Shown: one piece after another, positions 41,074 to 54,400 of the stretch
How positions within the stretch are numbered: the stretch's first letter is position 1
Layout of the letters: the number at the start of each line of letters is the position of its first letter
Source of the DNA: a virus
Taxonomy: Duplodnaviria > Caudoviricetes
IMG/VR virus record: IMGVR_UViG_3300043821_000026
Span: 64,001-128,000 of that record
DNA: 64,000 nt
Reading direction: 5' to 3' (one strand)
Notes under the pieces: model-generated
Seen by the model: only the letters and a program-made list of their open reading frames with translations
What the model was told of the DNA's origin: nothing
Database searches by the model: none
Made by a program: the position numbers and the translations under genes

Positions 41074-42632
41074 ATTTTTTTACCTCCAGTTAATATTATG
41101 TCTTCCATTATATAAATAGTTTCATTTTTTTTAATCATCTTTAGATAAAATTATATCAATAAGATTACTTTTATCTTTAAATGCTTCAATAAAATGTATA
41201 AATTCTTCCCCATCTTCTGGTGCTAACTTAAATAATTCTAAATTATTATTATTTTCTAAAGCTATAGCTATACTCTCTAAAGCATTACAAATTTGTATTT
41301 GCATTTTTGTATTCGCATTAATTTGTTGAGCAATCATAACTAAATCTTCATGATATTTATCTGTATACTCACTAAAAATTTTAAATTCATCTGAATACAT
41401 TATATTCCTCCGTTTCAATTTTTTGTAAATTTTCTGTTAATTTTAATTTAACTGGTAAATGATTTTCTTTTATAATATTTCTTGCTTGTTTAATTAAATA
41501 TATAATCTTATCCTTATTTTCTTTAATATTTTTTCGACCATTAAATATATTTAACGCCTCTGTTATTTTATATAATTCTAACAAAGGGTCTACATTTTTT
41601 GCATAATAAATACATTGAGAGAAATAAGGACAATCAATATTATCTTTTGAATTATTAATATCATCTAAAATCAAATGATATATTTCGTCCTCTTCAAATT
41701 TACAAACAAGTATAGGTTCATGATATTCCATTTTACAACCAAGATTATTACATTCAAAACAATCTAAAAACTTCATTTTTTTCATTAATCCACCTCATAA
41801 TAATCGGGACATTCTTCTCCTCTTAAATCATGACACATACATTTAGGACAATGTTCATCATCATACTTATCATTGTACCCATAATATTTTTCTTCTATAT
41901 CACACATAAAAACAACAACTTCTGTATCAAATAACATTTTACGTTGAGTATAATAGTGTACACAATTTACGCAATACATTTTAATCACTTGTAGAATGTT
42001 CAATAAATGTTTTTAATGGACAGATATCAATAATATCTACATTTCCATTTTCATTAATATCTGAATCATTAAAAACTGTTTCTGTTTTTGTACAAAAGAA
42101 AAAAGTTTGTGGATATTCTACTCTATGACAATATGGACATTCGTCACAATATCTAACTACTTGATATATTATTCTATTCATAATCACACCATAATGGTTT
42201 ACCATTTTTTAATTCTGTATTAAAATTAATACCTTTATTTTTTTTATTACATTTTTGTACGAATTGATATTTTCTAGAATTTATTTTAACCACACCATTT
42301 TCAAAATATGGACATTTTGAACAACCATGAAACTTTATTGTTATAATTGTTCCACAAACACCCATACCTGAAGATGTAAAGTCTTGAGGTCTTTCCATTT
42401 AATCATCTTCGTTAATTGATTTTTTATACTCTTCCATTGTTATAAATTCATCCATCTTTAATTGTCCTTTATCATCAAAACAAGATTCTACTCTTGCTTT
42501 AGGACACCATTCAGGACAATCAGATTCTTTTAATTCAAATATCTCATCAAATAAAAGACAAAAATCTCTAACAGTACCTGATGCTAATACTAACTGGTCA
42601 TAATCTTCACAATTTACACATTTTCTAGTCAT

Positions 42633-43016
42633 TTAATCACCTTTATCATAATTTTGTTTTCTGTATAAGTCTGAAAAAGAGGGTAAGTTTGTTTTTAATA
42701 TAGGATATCCTAATTTTGATATAAGTTCGTCAAGCTCGATTAATACATTAAAATCTGTTAGTATTTTATATTCATCAAAATTTTTTATTGGTAGATTAAA
42801 TTTGACTTCTACTAAAATATCCCAATCTAATCTAAACGGTGCTTCCGTAGATTTAACAGTATATGTAACATATATATTAAATCTTGTATCTGAAATTTTT
42901 TTACTCTTTATTTTAATATTAGTAGTAACATTAATTGTATTGTTATCTTTCATTAAGTATGAAAATTGTATAAAATTTATTCTTTCTGTTAATATTTCAA
43001 AATCCATTATCTCCAC
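42633..43016 (-). CDS. SecB-like fold protein (tentative)
   Basis: Four alternating beta strands ('PF.L......F'), a helix, then 'LP' tail. Confidence 0.35.
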   Translation of the reverse strand: MEIMDFEILTERINFIQFSYLMKDNNTINVTTNIKIKSKKISDTRFNIYVTYTVKSTEAPFRLDWDILVEVKFNLPIKNFDEYKILTDFNVLIELDELISKLGYPILKTNLPSFSDLYRKQNYDKGD

Positions 43017-43044
43017 AATCCATTATTACTTTTTTTATTAAATT

Positions 43045-43425
43045 TTATATATTATTTATTAAAATTCTTAATTGTTCTAATATTTGTTGTAATGAATTAT
43101 TAATATTTATTAATTGTTGATTATCTCCTGTTGGTATAATATTAATATTATTAGTTGTTATATTGGGACTGGTTGGAGCTGATGCAAATTGTCCAGCAGA
43201 TAAACCCATAATAGCAAGACATATAATTCCTAAAATACATATTATTACTAATATTGCAACTAAATATTTACCAACATTTGATTGCTTTTCATACTTATAT
43301 ATATTATTTTGTGGATAACCTCTAAGTACTCCTCCACAATTTTTACATACATATCTTCTACCAATAAGTTCATTTATTTCATTAATACACCCACAATAAG
43401 GACACACTATATGTCTTTCTTCCAT
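43045..43425 (-). CDS. Zn-ribbon plus single-TM membrane protein
   Basis: CPYCG...CKNCG followed by a long hydrophobic helix. Confidence 0.6.
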   Translation of the reverse strand: MEERHIVCPYCGCINEINELIGRRYVCKNCGGVLRGYPQNNIYKYEKQSNVGKYLVAILVIICILGIICLAIMGLSAGQFASAPTSPNITTNNINIIPTGDNQQLININNSLQQILEQLRILINNI

Positions 43426-44317
43426 TATTCCACCTCATCAAATACTACATCTATAATTTTCTCAACACTATATATAATCTCTAAAGCATTATTATATATA
43501 AATTCTTGGTCATAAGTTAATTTCTTTTTAGAAAGTATATTAATCTTATCTTCTAATGTGAAACCCATATTAATCGCCTCTTAGTGAACACCATTTTGGT
43601 TTTGGAGCTTTTTTTAAATCAAAATTAATTTTTCTATCTATTTTACAAATCTCTTTATCTGATTTACAACAAAAAGCATATATATCCCCGTCTATCAAAC
43701 CAATTGATAAATACTCACAATCATCACAAGCTTCGTAATCTATATCTAAGGGACATTGTGATGGAGGGCATAATTTATTACATAATTCACAATAACCCTC
43801 TGTATTATCTATTTCGATTAATGAGTCGCAACCAAAACATTTTTCACCAACACAGTCCTTATATGTATGTTTAACAATTTGTATTTCATCAAAATCGGAT
43901 AAATCGATTGCATCTTGACCCCATCTATTCATTATCCAATCAAGAATATCATACATATTTTTCCCATTCATTTGTCGATATGCTCCAATATCTTCACCTC
44001 TTTTAGAAACTGAAACTCCATAGGAATATTGTTTAATTTCTTTTATATAATCTTTACATTCAGATATTGATACATTATCATGTTCCTTTTGGCAACATAA
44101 TTTTGGGTCATGAATATCGGAACTGTCCCATTTTGCGTATTTACATGAATAGCATTTTATATAAAACTTCATATAATACTTCCAAAATACTCATTTAACA
44201 CTTAAATAATAGTATTACTATTATCATATTTAAATATTTTTATAATTTAAATCATATACTAAAAATATTTATTATTACATTACACTAAAATAATTGTGTG
44301 ATGTATTCTGTTTGTTA

Positions 44318-45472
44318 TTATTTTAGAATTTGTTGATTGTATTCTTTTTTTGAGTTAGTAGTTATATTGTTTTCTTCATCATTATCTAAAAATGTATATT
44401 TGGCTATTATTTCATTATTATTTTTATTTATTTCTGTTATTAATGATAATGTTAGTTCTTGTTCTTGTTTGGTTATTATAGGGAAATTATATTTATTTGA
44501 TTGGTGTTTGAATGTTTTTTCTTTTTGTCTTTCCTTTACAAAGTTTATATGTTTTTTTAGTCTGTTTTTTGTATATTCATTTGAATCATTTTTTGTTTTT
44601 AAAATATCTTCTATAATAAATTCTTTAAAATTTTCATCAATTTCATAACCTATGGAGTTTCTTTGACTTGCAATTGCAGCAATTGTTGTTGTTCCTGTTC
44701 CTAAGAATGGGTCTAATACGGTGTCTCCTTTAACGGAGTACATGTTGATTAATCGGTATGCTAATTCGAAAGGATATGCACCGTTTCTATCTCTTAATTT
44801 GTCATTTTTTAATTTTTGGGAGGTTCCTTTAACATCTTCCCAAATATCTGAGAACCATTTGTTTCTTTCTTCCCAGAAAAAAGCACTTTCATGGCGATTA
44901 TTTTTTTCTTCTTCGTTTTTAAATAGTCGGTTTCCTGTTTTTCTGAATATTAATATGTATTCATGTTCAAGGGTTACATATGCATTTGGAGGTAACATTC
45001 CTGAACCCATGAATTTGTTGGGTTTGTTGCTTTGTTTTCTCCATAGAATGCAGGGTAAAACTTGGTAATTCATTTTTTCAAAGTAATTTAAAATTTTTGA
45101 ATGGTTTGAGTATAGTTGAAAAATTTTTCCTATTTTTCGTGTTGCATCGCCTATGTTAATACAGACTATTCCGTTAGGTTTTAATACTCTATCTATTTCA
45201 TCCCATACTTTATTTAATTCTTTGTGCATTAAATTATATGCTTTTATTCTATCTTCATTTTTAAGAGCTTTACCTATTTCATTATTTAATTGGGTGAATG
45301 TTTCATCCCACATTTCAATCATGGGGTATGGGGGAGAAGTAACTATTAAATTCACGGATTCATTAGTTACATCAATCATATTCTGAGAGTTTCCTATATT
45401 AATTAAGTGTTTAGTGTTCATGATATTTTTTTCCTTATAATACATTTGTTTTACTTTTTCTTCGGTATTCAT
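44318..45472 (-). CDS. Beta-class amino DNA methyltransferase (likely N4-cytosine), orphan
   Basis: 'VTSPPY' precedes 'VLDPFLGTGTT' and 'GYEID'; no cognate restriction enzyme adjacent. Confidence 0.9.
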   Translation of the reverse strand: MNTEEKVKQMYYKEKNIMNTKHLINIGNSQNMIDVTNESVNLIVTSPPYPMIEMWDETFTQLNNEIGKALKNEDRIKAYNLMHKELNKVWDEIDRVLKPNGIVCINIGDATRKIGKIFQLYSNHSKILNYFEKMNYQVLPCILWRKQSNKPNKFMGSGMLPPNAYVTLEHEYILIFRKTGNRLFKNEEEKNNRHESAFFWEERNKWFSDIWEDVKGTSQKLKNDKLRDRNGAYPFELAYRLINMYSVKGDTVLDPFLGTGTTTIAAIASQRNSIGYEIDENFKEFIIEDILKTKNDSNEYTKNRLKKHINFVKERQKEKTFKHQSNKYNFPIITKQEQELTLSLITEINKNNNEIIAKYTFLDNDEENNITTNSKKEYNQQILK

Positions 45473-48400
45473 AATATCATCTCTCTTGTGTAATTTTTAA
45501 TAATATATCCATATATGCTACTGCTTTTGTTTGTTCTCTAACATCTTTTTCATTTTTCAATTCAGTTATTTTATCTTCATAATATCGCTTTAATGATTGT
45601 AAACTAATATGGTTCATCCAACACATATAACAATTGTTATCGCTATCTAAACTATCTTCCAATGGACACCATAATGGAAATCCTGATACATAATCTTGTG
45701 TAGCAACTGAAACTCCTTTACTATCTAAATCTGCATTTACAGGAATGTGCATTGTTAAAGCACATCTTATAGGATTAGCAGATTCTTTATATAATCTATG
45801 GTATGGACAACCCTTACAACTATCAAATTCTATATCTATTTTCTTATACATTTTTTCACTCTATCTTAAAGTTTTATAATCACAATGTGCTTTAAATGGT
45901 GGTAGTTCATCATTTTGAATACCTATAGCTTTACATTTTTGATTATATCTTAATCCAACTACATCAATTGTTTCTTTAAAATATTTACAATTTTCACATA
46001 ATAATAATGGTATTTCTAATATAGCTTTTAAAATTTCTTCTATCTGATTAACTCTTTCTAATTCAAGATATTTTTGCATTTTAAATGATGCTAATAAAAT
46101 CTTACCATCACGATTTGTTGATAATTTATTAATCTTTTTTTCTGTATTATTAAGTGTATTGATGGTATAGTTTTTGCACTCAATACTACTTATTAACATT
46201 TTAAAGACCTCATTTTCATCTATCATTATAGCACCTTATCTAAATATTCCATAACTTCCTTATCATTCACTAATGTGCAGGTAAATGGTATACCATCACT
46301 TACTCCAGTTTGTAAAAAATTATCATAAAAATCTTCAAGCTTATCTTTATCGTCTTTACATCTTCTTATATCATAATAATAACTTCCCTCTTTACAGAAA
46401 AATAATATAGGTGTATTACCATCATTATAACATCTATAATATGGACATTCCATGCAGGAATTAATTACAATTTTTTTATATATCATTCACATTTCTCCTT
46501 TATTTTCTTATATAAGTCCTCTCTATAGTCACAATCAATTCTATCTTTATTAATAATTCTATTTATATTAGTACCAACACTACAATATAGATTATTATTT
46601 GGCACTATTCTATGTATATATGCAAAACGATTATAAGTACCCATGCTACAATATAGATTATTATTATCATAGAAATAAGTAGAATAAGGACATTTTTTAC
46701 AATTTGGGAATTTGTGATAAAAATAATCTCCCCAAACAATAAACAACATCATGCTTATATCTGTAGATTTACGAATTTCTATAATTCTTTTCTTAGAATG
46801 ACATTTTTGGGCAATATATTCTTGAGTAAAAGCTCTTCCCATAAAATCAATATTTTTAAAATCTAAGACAACTTCATCATCTTCTGCTGAATTTATTTTA
46901 TCTCTAAATAAATTTTTAGCAGATGAATTCATTCCTAAATTAGAACTAATTTCATTAACTAATGATATGTATAACATTATAACCTCCCTACTGGTTTATG
47001 TAGATGAATATTTAAGTATATATATGGATATTTGATATAATTATCTGAAAAAAATTGAATTTTATTCCATAATTCATTAAATTCTAAATCAGTTTCAAGT
47101 CCTCTATATTGATAATTATGTAAAGTGATTGTTAAAGTAGGATAATATCCTTTTTTACATTCACTATCAATAAACCAATCATTATACTCGAAAGCTAAAT
47201 TATCCATTAATGTATAAGCCATATTCATATAGACATCTACATAACTCATAGTATCATAATAGTTTTTTTAATAATTGAGTATTTTGCTCCATAATAACTG
47301 TATTTTGTTGCATAAGAATATCATTTCGCTTTTTCTCTTGCATTAAATCTTCTCGCATAGCATTATATGATTCTTTCATTTCATTATGTTTACGAGCTAC
47401 ATTATCTGCATCTGTCGCAAAACTATCTGCTAACTTTTCCCATTCTTTTTCCCAATATTTAGCGTGTTTTAATTGGTCTTCAATTGAAGAATGAGTAGTT
47501 ATTTGTATATTTTCAGGTGGTATATTGCATTCTTTATCAATACAATCACAAGTTTGTTCATCCCTTATATTTCGTAACTGTACGAACATTTCATCAAGTT
47601 TATCTTGAGGTATTTCTTCCATAAAAATTTTATTTGTATCATTAACATTAATCATATTATTAGTTCTTTCGTTAAGGTTAATCATATGTGCAGGTTCGCC
47701 ATCATAACAATTACATTGCTTTTTATTATTTAATATATCGTTAATAAACTTACTTGCAGGACTTTCTTTCATAAATTGTGGATATTTTTCTTCTTTCATT
47801 TTTTCACCATCATAATATTTACATTCATCAACTGTTCCACATAGGAAACTATCTATTTCATCGGTTACATCTCCATAGCCAACATAATCAGGATAACTAC
47901 ATATTTCATTCCTTTCCTGTTTCTTGATATTTGCAACCATTACAGTTATTATTACATTCAAAATCTTGTAGTGGACATGAATTAATATATTTATTTGTTA
48001 AATAAGGAATTTTTTCATCTGTTATGCTACAGACACCCTCACCACCGATTACACTATCTCCCTTCATCGTAGTAATAATCACATTCACTACAGTAATGTA
48101 TAATTTTACATTCTTTTTTTACCATTTTAACCCCATAATACACAGCTAATATAATCTTTTTTACCCTTACTAGTACATTTTAATATCTTTTCTTGTGCCA
48201 TATCTTCACACCATTCTAAATATTCATCTAAATCTGCACCTGAACCTCGAAATGCGTCAATATCTAAATGAATTAATTCATCAAATGTATAAAATAATAT
48301 GTGTTTTTCTATAAAGTCTTCCAAATCATTAGAACTATTTTCATATTCACCAAATACTTCTAAAATTTTTTTTGCATCTCTTTCATTTACATCTAATTTA

Positions 48401-49513
48401 TTCATGGTGTACTCAACACCATTCATTGTTCCTACTTTTAAATTCACCATATTTTCACCTCATATTGTATATAAAAATATCATTATATTTATAACTAATG
48501 ATATAAATAATGCAGATACTAAGTAAGTATAAACTTTATCATATTTTTTAAATGGACAATTTTCATTTAATGAATGATAATCATATAATACTGCTTCTAG
48601 TTCAGTACATATAAAAGTTCTCTCATTATGGTTCTTTGATTTACAATTTGGACATTCATCACATTTATATATATTAACTTTAACCATCATTTTCCCCCAA
48701 CTTATTACCAACTAAACCTAACTCTTTTCTAACACACATTTTAACAAATTCTGTTTGATTGACATTATCTTTTTTAATTCTTTCTTTAAGTTTTTGATAT
48801 TCTTCATCATTAACAAAACAGGTTAATGGATTTGTTGGTCTATGTTTTGAGCAATACATTGATAAACCATTTCCTTTATAAATTTTACAACCACATACTA
48901 TACATTCATTTATCATTTCATCACCTTCATTAATATTATCTAAAGGACAGAAATTTGGAAAACTATTTCTATCCTTAATCTTTTTTTGATTTAAATCACA
49001 TACATATTGATTTCCATCATATAAAACCTCATACATACAGTCAATACAACCATGTTCTATTATTTCAGTCATTATCTTCATCTATTACACTCTCCAAAGG
49101 GCATGAGTCAGGAAAATCTTTATTATTATATGCTATTTCTTCATAAACAAATTTTCCCGTTTTCATACACTCTCCACAATTTCCATCATACCAAAGACAA
49201 TAGAAACATTTTTCAATCAATTCATCAACAAAAAATCGTCGCATTTATATACTACCTCTTTTGCCTAATCTTTATACATTACTGAAAAATATAAAATATT
49301 ATCTATGGGAATAATATATTTCTTTTGATATTTAATATCGGAATATTCGTTCGGCTTCTTTGAAATCATTATATTATCTACATCAAAAAGACCAACATCA
49401 TCTTCAAGTTCAATTTTAATTGCTCTATTATCAATGCAGAAAATAGTGATACTATCTGCAACTTCAGTTTTTCTAAAATATTGAATATCTTTTAAATTAA
49501 TCATTTAATCACC

Positions 49514-50005
49514 TCATATTGCTATTGGATAAATTGGTAAAGGACACCATTCAGGTACTTCATTATATGGATTTTCAATATGAGAAGTTTCCTTTGTTGC
49601 TATACAATCCATATAATTAGAATGTTCGTTTAAAAAACAACATTGACTACAATGAGATACTGGCATCATTCTTTTTGGTTTATCAAAATCTACTCCTTCT
49701 TTTTTTAATGCTTCAATTAATACATATCGTACTAATTCTGTTTTTTTTAATTTTACCCCATTATATTTTTGAATATTATCTAAAATAATCCATCTATAAT
49801 ATGGGACTCTAAGTGTATATTGGGTTCGACCTCTTAAATACTGCATTTTAGGAGTATCTGTGATATAGTTTTCTTTAATATAATTAAAGATTATTTTATT
49901 AAGATAACTATGTTTTGTCATTCCTTCTTCTTCTGCCTTCTTTTCAATAACTTTCATCTCTTGATTAGAAAGCATTACACCGATAGTTATATATCTTCTT
50001 TGCAT
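49514..50005 (-). CDS. Tandem ribbon-helix-helix-like regulator fused to a Cys module
   Basis: Two 'strand-helix-..S/T.L.R' units followed by CSQC...C...WCPL; similar RHH pattern in 60058-60357 and at the end of 48680-49081. Confidence 0.5.
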   Translation of the reverse strand: MQRRYITIGVMLSNQEMKVIEKKAEEEGMTKHSYLNKIIFNYIKENYITDTPKMQYLRGRTQYTLRVPYYRWIILDNIQKYNGVKLKKTELVRYVLIEALKKEGVDFDKPKRMMPVSHCSQCCFLNEHSNYMDCIATKETSHIENPYNEVPEWCPLPIYPIAI

Positions 50006-50299
50006 AAAATCACCTCTATATATACTATTCTTTTAATACTATATAAATGTATTGATTATTCTTTTATCCATATTTCGTCTTGCAACATTAAAATAAAACC
50101 ATTCATAACATGAAATTCTTTATAGCTGTATCCATGTTCCTCCATATAATTTAATGCTAATTTTCCTTCTTTAAAGAATGGATATAATCTATCACTTTCA
50201 CCAATCTCTAACCCATCGAAAATTTTTTTTCGCACTCTCTAATATTTTACTAAATACTTCAGGATTTTGAAGTTTATCTTCACTAATCATTTCATCACC

Positions 50300-51150
50300 T
50301 CGTCATAATTTATCATGATTAATCATGATAGTAGGCATACACAGTCCTTATACCCTACCCACCCCCTCTACTTTATTTTATATTTTATATTCTACCATAA
50401 TGTTATATTAACTATGTCTTTTTTTATATAAAATAATTGAATATATAGTATATAGAGTATTATATAATCTTTATTTAGATAGAAAAACAACTAAATTATA
50501 AAGATTGATATATTACTATTATAGAATATATTTTTTTGTTTTTTAAGGAAGCTCATAGGTTTTCGTTTTGTGCCTTTCGAGTTTTTTTTGGACTTTTTAT
50601 GCCTGTTACTGCCTTTTTTGGGGCTTTTTTGTGTCTTCCATTTTTTCACTTTGTGTCTATTTTTTCGATATTTTTGTGGGACACTCAATTTTTTTGTGAA
50701 ATTTCTTAAAATTTTTTTTCAAGGCACACTTTTTTTTTAGATTTTGTGACTTTTTGTGCCTTTCTTATGTCTTTTAATTCTCCTGTCCTTAATATCCAAA
50801 ATATTTTCCTTATTTTCCCCTTTAGTATATTACTGTATTGATTATTTAAAAGAAAGAAGCAAAGAAAAAGAAGTCTTGTTGGATAATGAAGTCAAGGTTT
50901 TTCCTCTTATTTTAGGTAAGCCTAAAAATTTTTTTTGATATTATTTTTATAGTACTTTTTTTAGGTGTTCATGTGGTGTGCATGAAGTTGGTCACCCTAT
51001 AATTCTTAAAGGTAGGTACGATAATTTTAATACTTTATGGCAGAAGTGGTCATTTAATCGTACCTCCCTATAAGCATATTATGGTGTTCATTTCTTATCT
51101 TTTTTATGAACACCTTGCTCTATATGAAAATGGGACAATGTCCCATTTCG
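50300..51150. other. Long non-coding region: candidate replication origin or genome terminus
   Basis: AT-rich block, T-skewed degenerate TTTTGTG(C/T)C repeats and several inverted repeats; overlapping ORFs are low-complexity. Confidence 0.45.
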
Positions 51151-51491
51151 CTTATTCCTTTAAGTCTTCATTTATTTTTAAAAGCATATCTTTTCTTTTT
51201 TGTAGAAGATTTATTGCACCATTGATATAGATATTATATGCTTTCTTATCTTCATCATTAGCATAAAAATCATATAATTGACATAAGCTTTCTTTTCTGT
51301 ATAATTCTGATAATGTTTTGTTAAGCTCTTTTATTTCTTTATCAATATATGGAGTCCAACCCTCCATATCACCATCCATAAAACTTAATCTATCTCTTCC
51401 CTCATATGGGTCATATGCAGGAGTATTAAATTCATAACTATTAACTACCATTTGATTTAATTCTTTAAAATTCATATTTTCACCTCTATAT

Positions 51492-54400
51492 TTAATAACT
51501 TGCATAAATGATATAAATCTTATCATATAATATATTTTCTGTCTGCCAACCAATGCAGATATAAAGATATTTCCAAAGCTCTAAAAGGTCGTCAGGATTT
51601 GACATATCTTTAAGATAATTTTGTTCCTGTGCCACTTTTTCGTATTTCTTCATGAGCTTTTCCATATCTTCAACTGAATATATCTTTACATATTTATCAA
51701 AGAACTCATTAATATCATCTGTGTAGGAGCTATAGTTCAATCCATATAGGATTTTCGCCATATCCTTATCTTCGAGCATATATTTATTTTGTAATTTATT
51801 TATTTCTCTAAGTGTTTCTTTTTGGACATTGTCGGACAGGACACAGTTTGGGTGGATTTGCCACTTATCAATCATATCTTCAATCTCATTGATATTTCTA
51901 TCAACTAATTTATTTTTTAGTCCAAATACTCTTTTTTTACATTCTATAAAATCACCAAACATAGCATTATCATATTCTTGATTAAAATATGGACAATCAC
52001 GACAACTATGTACTGTGATAATCTTCTCTACTTTCATTATCTTTCACCTCTTTTTGGACACCATTTTTGCTCTCGGTATACATTTTCTATTTCTTTATCA
52101 TTTTCTGCACAAATACATTCAAATGGTAAGTATTTAGGTACATCAATATTTGCTTCATCATCATTCAAACTGGGACAGTCGATACATTTCATTATCTTCA
52201 CCTACATTAATTTTTGTTGTTCATTTAAGTACTCAGATATACTATCTTTTACTTCTATTTGGCAAAATTTTGCTTGTACATTTGGTAATCGGCTTTCTGT
52301 GATATTATCTGCAATTTCTTCACATACTTCAATTGCTTTCTTACCACTCTTTTCTTTAATATTAAGCTTAATGATAGCTTCATATTCTCCCATATTATCA
52401 CTTCTTTATTTTGTTGTAAAACTTTTCGATATCTTCTAATGCACATAAGTATCCGAATGCTCTATCGTATTCATCAACTTCTCTATCTCCGTATAAGGGC
52501 GCTAACTTCTCTACCTTTTTATTAAATTCCTTTTGCTTATCTTTAAGATAATCTATTAGTTCTTTATCACTATCTACCATGTTATCACCTAAAAAGTGGG
52601 ACACTTTTTTGCCGTTATTAATACATTGGATTATCAATATCCCATTCTAAATCTTCATCTTCTGTTTCTTTTTCTATTTTCTGATATTTATCAGAGCTTA
52701 ATACCTTTTGGAGGAATGCAATGATTTCGATATCTTCAAAGTTATTAATTTCGCAACTTTGATACATATAACTATGACAGGTTCTGATTTTTTGTCCTTC
52801 AGATACTGTCATCGGAGTATAACAATTGTTATATCCTGCATTTATCCAATCATATCCTATATCGCCATATCGTGCAATTAAACTTGCAAGATTGATAGCT
52901 AATAATTCTGCAAACATTTCATTATCGGATATTTTATTATCCTTATAATGATTTTCTCTTAATACATCTACTACTATACTAATTCCTTTATTTCCTGTTA
53001 ACCAAGCACTCATATTATTCATCTCCTATTTCTGCATTAATTTTAGATACATCTTATCTTTCACTTTATGAAAGGCTTCTTTATTATTATTTGCTTCATT
53101 TTTGTTATTAATTTTACTATATATTTAGTTATCTTAATCATCCTTTAAAAATATATCATTTGAGTTCTCAAAAAATATTATAACCGTTTCACACTTAACC
53201 ATTGTAACATCTACGAAATAATCGATATTATCACCTATTTGTTCACACATTAATTCTAAGATTAATTCTTGACTAAGACCAATATCGATATGTTCTATAT
53301 CAATCGCTTCATGCACATCTCTTTCAAAATTTTTTTCAATTTCCTGCATTTTTGGTAATAATTCATCCATAGTCATTATTTTAACATTATTTTTTTCCCA
53401 ATCTGAAAACTTTTTAAATCCCTCTCTATTATGCTTAAAAGCATCACTTAATATTGCAATTGCTTCATCACTTAATAAATAATGTGCTTGTAATTCATTT
53501 AAGGATGATTCATTTATATCTGCATATAATAAATCACACATTAAATGTGTTTCGTGTGACCGAAGCATTTCCTTAATTTCTTTATATTTATCAATATCAT
53601 CTATTTTGGATGCTAAAAAGCAATTTCTTTCGCATTTAAGAATTGTATTATATTCCTCATCTATTTTCTTAAAATAAGGACATTCCATACAACTATGGAT
53701 ATATATATGATTTAACTCCATTTTATCACCTAATTTCTATATGTTCTAAGATGTTGTATTACATTCATCTTAATTTGCTTTTTATATGATATTAATTCTT
53801 TATCGATAAAATAATCAATTATATCTTCCTCTCTTTTATATAAAGCTCTATCAATTTCATCTTCAGTTAATTTTCCAACTATTACATCTGTATCAATATT
53901 ATATCCTACAATCATATAATCACCTTTATTCTGTGATACAATTTAAACAATGATTAAAATTTCCTTCATCTTGATAGAAAATAAATATGGGTTCATATTT
54001 TGTATTTTCTGTTACTAAATATATGTAATTAGTCCCTAAATCATCTACTATTGATTGTAAAACTATTTGTAAATCAGATGGTTCATCTTTACTAAGGTTT
54101 ATAGATAAATTTTCTGCAATATTATCAAATTTATGATAAAATTCTTTAATATCTAATATCATTAATTTATTATCTACCCATTCATTAAATGTTTGATATT
54201 CGGTATTATTTCTATACGCACAACTTATTACCTTTCTATCAAATTCGTTTATATTATTATCGTTCATAAATTCCATCATATCGTATTCATCTACACCTGA
54301 ATATTCTAATAAACACTTATCATATATTTCATAATTATATACAATATTTTCTATTTTTTCAATTTCACTATTACTTGTTACACCCTCTTGAATATTAAAT

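Noticed and set aside
47906-48088. Two adjacent ORFs both starting MNVIIT
   Set aside because: Off-frame reading of Cys-module codons (GAA TGT ...); explained by the frameshifted gene.
50491-50938. ORFs 50491-50688 (-) and 50756-50938 (+)
   Set aside because: Low-complexity translations of T/A tracts, with no RBS.
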